Shown here: piece by piece, positions 48,120 through 56,557 of the stretch
How positions within the stretch are numbered: position 1 is the first letter of the stretch
Layout of the letters: every line of letters begins with the position of its first letter
Source: a virus
Direction: 5' to 3' (one strand)
Virus record (IMG/VR): IMGVR_UViG_3300042398_000969
Span: 32,001-96,000 of that record
Length of the DNA: 64,000 bases
The notes under the pieces: generated by a model
Databases searched by the model: none
Told to the model about the DNA's origin: nothing
The model's input: only the letters and a program-made list of their open reading frames with translations
Program-made: the position numbers and the translations under genes

Positions 48120-51086
48120 TTATTTTAATAGATACCCACAGAAGTGATTAGCACCAAATAAATCAAACTGTCCGTCCCTAACTAATATTCTAACAGTATC
48201 TCCATAATTAAGGTATAAAACCACTGTAGCAGATCTTTGCGTTAAACCAGAAGTTGCTGCGCCAGCTAAATCATTTCCTCTAAAATGAACCGAATTTCCT
48301 ATATCGGCACTGTTAATTTGCCAATAAGCTCTTGGAACCGTATTCGGATAACTTCCTCCAGCATATGCGTTACATGTTGCAGAGAACATATACATTCCCG
48401 CAACAGGAGCGGTATAAGTTCCGTTAGTGTTATAACCACCACCATAATCATATAATTCATTCTGATATGGAAGAATTGTGTTTACATAGTTAACATCACT
48501 AGCATTATGATATGCAAAAAATCCAATGTCTTGAACTACAGTTTCAGAAGATGTTATTGTAAAATTAGAAACCTCAAGGGTTCCTGTGAAATTTAATATT
48601 CCACAATAACCAAATCCTGGATTATATCCGTACCGGTTGTGATATAAAACACCATCAACCCAAATTCTTACTCTCCCATCGTGGGATAGTTCAGTAACAT
48701 AATGATGCCAATTACCATCCTTTTCATCAAAAGGAACAGCGGCAGATACTGCTTGATCGCTATTTCCGTTGATGTCTCTTATATTAATTGTGTTTGAGCT
48801 TGGTTGAAATACCCATTTGAATCCTGCATTAGAATCAGCACCGAGGGTTGTTTGACTACTAGACCAGAAAAATCCATAATGGTCAGCATTACTAGATTTT
48901 ATATCGGCCTCGATTCTCATATATCTCCATCTTGAAGATTGAGTTCTTAATCCACTATATGAACCGGAGTTTATTATATTGAATCTGTTTGATCCTGCAT
49001 ATCTGATTATTGAAGGGGTTGTTCCTACCCATGTTGTTACTTCATATCCATCATAATCAGGAGATGTAATTTGAAATCCCGCAGAACTACCTTGAAGATT
49101 TACACCTAAATTTCCAGAACTATTAACATTCAAATATTCTTTATTAACAGCCGTGCCACCAGCAACTCTCTGATACACCCCAAAAGAAGATGTGTCGGTG
49201 TTAGATGCACCTAATGACCAGTTACCTGATGTAGAAATTAAATCAATCCACGTGTTTGCATTGGGTGACTCAAATCCTGCCACTTGATTAGCATTTTTCT
49301 TAACATGGAGTGTATATGATGGTGAATCTCCAATACCAACCTGTCCTCCATTTGGAACCATTACTATATTACTTTGAGAGTAACGATTTAAATATAACGC
49401 GGCTCCGTCAATGTTTAAACCAATTCCCGTACCTGATGAAATTTTAGGATCAACACCCTTACTTAAAACAATATCACCACTAAATGTGGCCAATTGATTT
49501 GTTCCTAATGTTAGTGCTAATGTACCATTAGCGGCACCTGCAGTACTAGTGTAAAATCTTAACCTACTAGCAGCAATATCCACATCACGATACCCATTAG
49601 CAACATTATAATTTCCTATTTCTACAATATTGTCTCCATTATATATCGCTCTAAAAATTGCACCTGTTCCGGTATTTGCAATTAAAGTACTACCTACGGT
49701 TACAACTCCTGAGGTGTTTAAACTCCCCGTAATATTTGCACTACCATTAATATCTACTCTTCTTGCTGAACCATATACTGCTAATATTTCTGTTCCACCA
49801 TACCCATCACCAATTCTTACATCTGATTTTGATACAGCATTACTCATACCATACCAGTTGAGCCATAACGTTTTATTTCCCGCAGAATTTAACCATACAT
49901 TTCCGTTATCCGCCATTAATAATGACCCCGTATCATTATGTGTTGGGTTATTTAATGCAATATAATAATCACCAGCAGCGTCTGGTGACGCCGCACTAGC
50001 TAATTTTGTTGTTATTTTAACTCTACCAATTGTGGACAAACTTCCTGACACACTTTCCGTTCCAATAAATGTATTTGACCCTGTAGTTGCAAGTCTTGCA
50101 ATGTTTGTTGTTGACATAACATCAACTTGGACACTACCCGAAACTGTTCCTGACGGTAATTGAGCACTACCGCTCCATACACCACTCGCATTTAATACTT
50201 GTGAAGATCCCGAAACAATTCCAGAAGGGACATTTGATAAACCTGTATAAGATACTTGTGAACTACCCGAAACTAATCCTGAACCAGGGACACTAATACT
50301 ACCACTTACCAATAAACTACCCGTAAATGCATGTGTATCACCTAACTCGTCTCCGAATTTTGTTGATCCTGAACGATATAAAATCGAACTACTAATATAT
50401 GTTGTTCTTAATTCTTGTGTTTCGATAAATCCTGTTACCGTTATACTACCTGAAACTGTTAACCCATCACCAAAAACAATATTGTTTCCGTCTGATGAAC
50501 GAACTTTATTACCGGCATATATTTGTGTTGTGCCTTTTAAAGCAATAATACCTGTTGTTGGGTCCATTATCACATCACCACCTCCTGAAGTTGCCAATGT
50601 TATATTACCATCAGCACTTTGTAATGTGATTGTATCAGACCCAGCTTCTAATATCTTAAATGATTGTCCAGCATCTGTTGTGATTTGTAATTCTTGTGAT
50701 GTGGAACCTAAAACCTTTGTTCCGTCAATATATAATGAACCAGAAGAAATGTAAATGTGTCTAAATTGATGTGTTGATGAACCTAAATCATAAGCATTTG
50801 TTACTGAAGGAATAACGGAACCACTAATTGTTTGATTTCCAACAAACACGTTACTACCAGTTGTTGCATATGAACCAGTCACACCTTCAATTGTATTTAA
50901 TCTTGTTGTTGCACTACTTGTAAATGTATTTAACGAATGTGTCGCTGTCATAACATGACCCATCGTTGTATTCACCGATGAAGTATATGTATTCAGCGAA
51001 GATGTTGTTACTAACACATCTAAGTCGGCAACCGTATCACCATTTAAATTAAAACTACCTGTAATTTGAGGTCCGTCTATTCTCAT
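48120..51086 (-). CDS. Tail fibre-like protein with lectin-like domain and C-terminal C1q
   Basis: Shared cassette; WHHY...IWVDG lectin-like segment; GTYTAPVAGMYMF...LNYGDTV...FCGYLL. Confidence 0.8.
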   Translation of the reverse strand: MRIDGPQITGSFNLNGDTVADLDVLVTTSSLNTYTSSVNTTMGHVMTATHSLNTFTSSATTRLNTIEGVTGSYATTGSNVFVGNQTISGSVIPSVTNAYDLGSSTHQFRHIYISSGSLYIDGTKVLGSTSQELQITTDAGQSFKILEAGSDTITLQSADGNITLATSGGGDVIMDPTTGIIALKGTTQIYAGNKVRSSDGNNIVFGDGLTVSGSITVTGFIETQELRTTYISSSILYRSGSTKFGDELGDTHAFTGSLLVSGSISVPGSGLVSGSSQVSYTGLSNVPSGIVSGSSQVLNASGVWSGSAQLPSGTVSGSVQVDVMSTTNIARLATTGSNTFIGTESVSGSLSTIGRVKITTKLASAASPDAAGDYYIALNNPTHNDTGSLLMADNGNVWLNSAGNKTLWLNWYGMSNAVSKSDVRIGDGYGGTEILAVYGSARRVDINGSANITGSLNTSGVVTVGSTLIANTGTGAIFRAIYNGDNIVEIGNYNVANGYRDVDIAASRLRFYTSTAGAANGTLALTLGTNQLATFSGDIVLSKGVDPKISSGTGIGLNIDGAALYLNRYSQSNIVMVPNGGQVGIGDSPSYTLHVKKNANQVAGFESPNANTWIDLISTSGNWSLGASNTDTSSFGVYQRVAGGTAVNKEYLNVNSSGNLGVNLQGSSAGFQITSPDYDGYEVTTWVGTTPSIIRYAGSNRFNIINSGSYSGLRTQSSRWRYMRIEADIKSSNADHYGFFWSSSQTTLGADSNAGFKWVFQPSSNTINIRDINGNSDQAVSAAVPFDEKDGNWHHYVTELSHDGRVRIWVDGVLYHNRYGYNPGFGYCGILNFTGTLEVSNFTITSSETVVQDIGFFAYHNASDVNYVNTILPYQNELYDYGGGYNTNGTYTAPVAGMYMFSATCNAYAGGSYPNTVPRAYWQINSADIGNSVHFRGNDLAGAATSGLTQRSATVVLYLNYGDTVRILVRDGQFDLFGANHFCGYLLK

Positions 51087-54000
51087 TTCTTCTTATTTTT
51101 ATTTTCTAATTTAGTAACTCTCTTGGTTAATTCTTTAATTCCCTCAACTAACAATGCATTTACTTTAGCATAGTCTAATAATTTAATTTCCTCTTCTTTA
51201 CCACCTAATAACATTGTTCTTTTAGAAATTAATTCGGGTTGTACTTCATAAACTTCATCAGCTAACATACCGATTTGTTTTGTTCTATCATCACTATACT
51301 CCTCTAACCAATTGAATGTATAACCATTTAATTTTTCAATCTTATCTAACGCACCTTCAATTCTAATTAAATCTGTTTTTAATTTCTTATCAGATGTTGT
51401 GTTGAAAGTATTTGCATCAACATCACCAGTAACAACCAATGAACCCGTGATTCCAATATTATAACTTGTGTTATAATATGAACCTGTTTGAACAAATAAT
51501 GATGTTGTACGAGGTCCACCCACTGTTATAGTTGCATTACCAGATGTTGGTGTTGCAAAATCAATTTGTGTTCTGTTAACAGAAACCGCAGTTATTTTTT
51601 GTGGTATTAATTGTTCGTCAGCACCATCATAAACATTTATTGTTACATATTTGTAACCAATGTTATGGTCAATAACCCACGAACCTGTTGCAGATGTTTG
51701 TGTGTGTAGATATCTATCAGCAGTGCTTGTTGATATACCTCCAACTGACACCAACGCGTATCCATATTCTGGTGTTGCGAATGTTACTTGTGTTGTGTTT
51801 GCATTTATTGATATAACATCGGCAGGTAACATCACCTTATTATTTGAACCATCATAAATTGTTACGTTAGGATAGTTGTAATTTAAGTTGTGTGTAATAT
51901 TCCATGTTGTGGAACCAGTTGTTTGTGTAAACAAGTATCTTGAACTGCCGACATTTGCACTTGATATATCTAATGAACCTGATATAACAACACTACCCGT
52001 TACAGATAAATTACCATTTATATTTTCGTTACCAACAAACGCGTTACTACCAGTAGTTGCATAACTTCCTGTTTTACTTTCCAATGAAGAAACTCTACCA
52101 TCATTACTTGATGTGTATGTATTAAATGAACTTGTTTGTAAAAATCCAAATGCACCTATTTGAGTGCTACTTGAAACAATGTCATTTGGTTTGTTTGCGA
52201 TATTATCCCAAGTTGTTTGTGTTATACTTCCGCTAAGAACATAACGTGTATCATATGAACCTGTTAATTGTTCACTACCACTTACAATGTTGTTAGGTAT
52301 TCCTGTTAATCCTGAATAAATAATTTGTGAACTTCCAGATACAATACCTGAAGGTATTCCTGTTAAACCACTATAAATAACTTGTATCGAACCAGATATA
52401 ACACCATCACTATCTAACTTACTCTTAATTGTTGTATTAATTGAAGAGGTGAATGAATTTAAACTTCCTGTTGATGTTTCTAAATTTACTAATCTACCAT
52501 CTTGATTGAAGTCTGTGGTTGCAATTGAAGAAGATAGTAAACCAATACTTGAACTTACTGAACTACTAAAAGTTGAATATCCTGTTGTTCCTGTTATATC
52601 AATTTGAGATGATCCTGAAACTAACGTTGGTCTATTAACTAAACCTAAAAAATCAAACGCTCCCGTTATTGAATTTGCAACCAAATCACCCGCAACTGTT
52701 ATTGTTGTTCCGGTTTCAGATATGATAGACACGTCAATATGATCTCCACCAACTGACTTTACAATTCTACCATTTATCAAGTTTGGTTCATCACCTAAAG
52801 AACCTGAATTTCTTGGCCCCGAAAGTAACATACCACCAGAATAAGAACTACCACTTGCATTTTGATAAACCCAATGGTTGTGTAAACTATCCCACGCTAA
52901 TGATGCTGTTGCATTTGAACTTCCACTATCATAAACTTTTAATCCTCCAAATCTTTCGGCGGGTTCAAATACATTTACACTTATGAATGAAGCACTTACA
53001 GCTAAATTTGATGAGGTTACATAAACAAGTGATGATGAACCTAATACTGTTAAATTTTGTGTAATTGTTAAACTACCTGTAACGGCATAGTTACCATTTA
53101 AACTTCTACTATTTACCCATACACTACCACTCTTAACCAATAAGTCACCATATGATGAATTGGTTGTGGTATCAACAAAATCGTGTGCTTCACCTAATTC
53201 CGAACCATTATCTATACGAACATATATTGAACCGTTATTTTGTTGAACTCTTAATACTTCACCAAGTCTAACACCGTGATTTGGTGCGGTTGGTGGTGTG
53301 GTGGTGAATGTACCATTAACACCTAAGAATAGTAATTGACCTGCGGTCATTCCATTGGTATTAACACCAAGTAAAACACCTTCAGTAATTACTAAACCAA
53401 AACCATCATTTGGAATATTTTCTGTTGCAATACCTAACGTATTTGCGGATTGACCTTCAGTTAATAGTGATGCCACACCTATTAATGGATTATCACCAAC
53501 CGAACCTACAATTCTTACAACAGTTCCCTTATTTATTTGGGCACCCGACATATTTTTACAATATACATCCGTTTGTAATGTTCTGAATGACATTGAGGAT
53601 GATGGTACAAGTTGTGAACCACTATACGCTTCTAATACATCTAAACGATTATCTATTGAACCAGATACTGTTGTATAAGATGATGTGAATGTATTAAAAT
53701 CACTTCTAATGCTACCACTGGTAGTTTCAAGTGAATCTAATCTACCATTTTGTGTATTATCAATTGAGGCAACGCTTGAACTTAAACTTCCTATAGAAGA
53801 ACTTAGTCCACTAGTTGTTGTTGCAACAGATGAACTAAATGTTGAATAACCTGTTGTACCCGTTAAGTCTACCTGAATTGATCCAGATATTAATCCACTC
53901 GGTTTGTTTGCAATATTATCCCAAGTTGTTTGTGTGATTGATCCACTTAACACATAACGAGTATCGTAAGAACCTGTTAATTGTTCACTACCACTAACAA

Positions 54001-54388
54001 TCCCTGATGGGACATTTGTAATTCCTGTATATGATATTTGTGAAGATCCAGAAACAATACCTGAAGGTATTCCTGTTAATCCACTATAAATAATTTGTGA
54101 AGATCCAGAAATTAATGTAGGCACATTAGTTAAATTATTGAAATTAAGTGAACCTGTTAATGAACTTGCATTAACTTTTCCGTTAACCAATACCGAACCA
54201 GTAAATTCGTGTGTGTCGTCTGATGTGTCACCAAATTTTGTGGAACCAGATTCGTATAGAATTGATGTACTAACGATCGATACATTGTATTGATCTGCGG
54301 TTAATGTACCGCGTACAGTTAGATTTTGTTCGATGTCAGCTGAACCGGATATAATAATCCCGTTCTTGACCTTAAATTCATTTGCCAT
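51083..54388 (-). CDS. Tail fibre protein with C-terminal intramolecular chaperone (peptidase S74)
   Basis: TSDKKLK...GYTFNW...IGMLADEV...PELI...DYAKVNALLVEGIKEL; internal duplicated segments. Confidence 0.85.
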   Translation of the reverse strand: MANEFKVKNGIIISGSADIEQNLTVRGTLTADQYNVSIVSTSILYESGSTKFGDTSDDTHEFTGSVLVNGKVNASSLTGSLNFNNLTNVPTLISGSSQIIYSGLTGIPSGIVSGSSQISYTGITNVPSGIVSGSEQLTGSYDTRYVLSGSITQTTWDNIANKPSGLISGSIQVDLTGTTGYSTFSSSVATTTSGLSSSIGSLSSSVASIDNTQNGRLDSLETTSGSIRSDFNTFTSSYTTVSGSIDNRLDVLEAYSGSQLVPSSSMSFRTLQTDVYCKNMSGAQINKGTVVRIVGSVGDNPLIGVASLLTEGQSANTLGIATENIPNDGFGLVITEGVLLGVNTNGMTAGQLLFLGVNGTFTTTPPTAPNHGVRLGEVLRVQQNNGSIYVRIDNGSELGEAHDFVDTTTNSSYGDLLVKSGSVWVNSRSLNGNYAVTGSLTITQNLTVLGSSSLVYVTSSNLAVSASFISVNVFEPAERFGGLKVYDSGSSNATASLAWDSLHNHWVYQNASGSSYSGGMLLSGPRNSGSLGDEPNLINGRIVKSVGGDHIDVSIISETGTTITVAGDLVANSITGAFDFLGLVNRPTLVSGSSQIDITGTTGYSTFSSSVSSSIGLLSSSIATTDFNQDGRLVNLETSTGSLNSFTSSINTTIKSKLDSDGVISGSIQVIYSGLTGIPSGIVSGSSQIIYSGLTGIPNNIVSGSEQLTGSYDTRYVLSGSITQTTWDNIANKPNDIVSSSTQIGAFGFLQTSSFNTYTSSNDGRVSSLESKTGSYATTGSNAFVGNENINGNLSVTGSVVISGSLDISSANVGSSRYLFTQTTGSTTWNITHNLNYNYPNVTIYDGSNNKVMLPADVISINANTTQVTFATPEYGYALVSVGGISTSTADRYLHTQTSATGSWVIDHNIGYKYVTINVYDGADEQLIPQKITAVSVNRTQIDFATPTSGNATITVGGPRTTSLFVQTGSYYNTSYNIGITGSLVVTGDVDANTFNTTSDKKLKTDLIRIEGALDKIEKLNGYTFNWLEEYSDDRTKQIGMLADEVYEVQPELISKRTMLLGGKEEEIKLLDYAKVNALLVEGIKELTKRVTKLENKNKKK

Positions 54389-54393
54389 ATTTA

Positions 54394-54415
54394 ATTAGTT
54401 TCACTCTCCACTAAT
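54394..54415 (-). promoter_or_regulatory. Leader hairpin ATTAGT-GGAGAGTGAA-ACTAAT
   Basis: 6-bp stem with a purine-rich 10-nt loop, 5 nt before the ATG at 54388 and downstream of TATTTAT (54425-54431). Confidence 0.4.
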
Positions 54416-54439
54416 GTGTTACTAATAAATACTTTGTTT

Positions 54440-56407
54440 TTAACAAGCGTATGAATTAATTACGTAACCAGATGAATCAATTTGTAGTGTTGTCCCAAAG
54501 GTTAATCCAAAGTCTCCATAATATAAACTGTTACCGTTAAATGGTGTTGTCATTCCGCTATTTGTATAGAATCTTGTTACCGATGTCCACACATTACTAT
54601 TCCCATAAACAGAGACAGTAAATGGTCCACCTAATCCATCACAATAATTTGGCGCGGTAGTACCGGTTGCACTAATCATATAGTTTGTACTAGCTGGTGT
54701 TGCTGTTGGCGTTGCCGTTGGTGATGGTACCGATGTTGCTGTTGGTGTTGGTGTTGCCGTTGGTACAATAGTTGGTGTAGGTGTAGGGGTTCTTGTTGGA
54801 GTAGGAGCTGGTGTTGCTGTTGGTGTCACAATTCCATTACCTAAAGCTCTATATAACACCTCAACTAACCATGTACCTGAACTCACGGTTGCATTTAATC
54901 TACCTGTACCAGAAACATTAAAACCAACAGGGTTTGTGTTACCCAAATCCATTGTTGTAGTTTCATTGAATGTTGCATCAGTACCATTCCAAGCACTCAT
55001 TATACTACCGGCTCTCATGTTAGTACCATTCTTAACAACATAGTCAAAGAATGCACCATCAAAAGAACTTAAATTAAAAATTTCTGTGTTACTTGATATT
55101 GTAACAGCTGTTGAACAAATCTTAGCATTATTAAGTGTTAAGCAACCATTGATTGTTTGACTACCAACAAATGTGTTAGACCCTGTGGTTGCATAACCTA
55201 AATTGGAAATCTGTGAACTACCAGTAATTAAACCTGATATTGACTGAGCCGATCCACTTAATATATGACCACCTCTAGATACACTAACATGACCACTAAC
55301 CGGCATGCTAAAATAAATTTTTATTTGATTTGCAGTTATAGATTCAATTCGATTAGGGAAAATTATATTTCTATTAGAATCCCAAACCGTTACATCTGGA
55401 TAATCTGTTCCTAAATTATGATTAACGGTCCACAAATTTGAATTTATAAATTCTTGTGTAGTTCCATTACCACCACCAAGAGAAGCAATAACAATACCTG
55501 TTTGTGGGCTTGGAAATATGATTTCAGCGAGATCTTCATCAATCGCTCTTATTTGACTTGGAATAACAACAAGACCGTTACTATCAAAAACTTGAAATAT
55601 TGGATATTGTTGTCCGGAATTATGAGCAAAACTCCATGTTGAGGCCGCACTTGTAACTTCTAAAGAACTATATGAACCTATTGCTGAACCACCTCCTCCA
55701 CCAGCGCCGGCATTTAACGCAAATGCTGCGGTAACAGCATATGATGCACTTAAGACCGTCATTGAACCAGTTTGTGATGTTAAAACAACACTTGAAGTAA
55801 AATTATTTAAAGTATTAATGGAACCGGTAATGGTGTCCATTCTGGTATTTAATGATGATGATAGGTTTGTAGTACTAATTTTTAGCTCTTTAACATAACC
55901 ATTACTATTTGTATCTGTAATTGACGTTGTAATCTCAATACCACCTAATGGTATAATTTCAAAAGCATCAGATCCAGTAGCACTTAATATTGGTGAACCA
56001 GAAACAAAAATATCTTTAAAATGTGAACCTATTGAAATAAATGCAGTTCCAGGAGTGTTTTCATTAACGTTTAATCCTGTACTATCGTCAAATTGTAATT
56101 TTGTGAATGTTTTGTTATATGTGTTACCACTAATATCCGAACCTGATATGTGAAATGGTACGTTTGTTAAACCAAGTGCACTACCACTAAATGCGGATGC
56201 TGTAATCGAACCTACTAATTGTAAAGACCCCGTATTAACCGTGTTTGTTGAGATTAATTCCTCAACTGATGGTCCGAGAGAACCTGATTTAGCCATATAA
56301 ACCTTACCATCGGTAGTGTTTAAAGCTAATTCACCTAATTGTAAATTTGAGTTAGTGGGTTTTTGACCGGATACACTACTCCTACGCAGTTTTACTATTT
56401 GTGCCAT
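54440..56407 (-). CDS. Fibre/baseplate-associated protein with Pro/Thr linker
   Basis: N-terminal KLRRS...P....LQLGELALNTTDGKVY (Mtd/hyaluronidase N-terminal-like anchor), W.(F/V).HN repeats, PT-rich linker. Confidence 0.75.
   Translation of the reverse strand: MAQIVKLRRSSVSGQKPTNSNLQLGELALNTTDGKVYMAKSGSLGPSVEELISTNTVNTGSLQLVGSITASAFSGSALGLTNVPFHISGSDISGNTYNKTFTKLQFDDSTGLNVNENTPGTAFISIGSHFKDIFVSGSPILSATGSDAFEIIPLGGIEITTSITDTNSNGYVKELKISTTNLSSSLNTRMDTITGSINTLNNFTSSVVLTSQTGSMTVLSASYAVTAAFALNAGAGGGGGSAIGSYSSLEVTSAASTWSFAHNSGQQYPIFQVFDSNGLVVIPSQIRAIDEDLAEIIFPSPQTGIVIASLGGGNGTTQEFINSNLWTVNHNLGTDYPDVTVWDSNRNIIFPNRIESITANQIKIYFSMPVSGHVSVSRGGHILSGSAQSISGLITGSSQISNLGYATTGSNTFVGSQTINGCLTLNNAKICSTAVTISSNTEIFNLSSFDGAFFDYVVKNGTNMRAGSIMSAWNGTDATFNETTTMDLGNTNPVGFNVSGTGRLNATVSSGTWLVEVLYRALGNGIVTPTATPAPTPTRTPTPTPTIVPTATPTPTATSVPSPTATPTATPASTNYMISATGTTAPNYCDGLGGPFTVSVYGNSNVWTSVTRFYTNSGMTTPFNGNSLYYGDFGLTFGTTLQIDSSGYVINSYAC
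54693..54830 (-). repeat. Pro/Thr low-complexity linker
   Basis: VTPTATPAPTPTRTPTPTPTIVPTATPTPTATSVPSPTATPTATPA. Confidence 0.85.
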
Positions 56408-56506
56408 ATATATGGTTCTCTCCTATGATTTGTGGTATATACCACGGTTAATTTAGACCTATATAGATCTTAACTATAAATACACAAAAATTTAGATTAA
56501 ATAAAT

Positions 56507-56535
56507 AAAAAAGGGAGGTTTTTTGGACCTCCCTT
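56507..56535 (-). terminator. Rho-independent terminator
   Basis: 9-bp stem AAGGGAGGT/ACCTCCCTT followed by a T-run on the minus strand, just after the stop of 56558..59062. Confidence 0.75.
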
Positions 56536-56557
56536 ATTATTTTATATTGAACTACGT

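Noticed and set aside
32949-51086. Diversity-generating retroelement or invertase shufflon acting on fibre tips
   Set aside because: No reverse transcriptase or recombinase is in the window, I saw no adenine-specific template/variable repeat pair, and all cassettes are direct and within intact genes.
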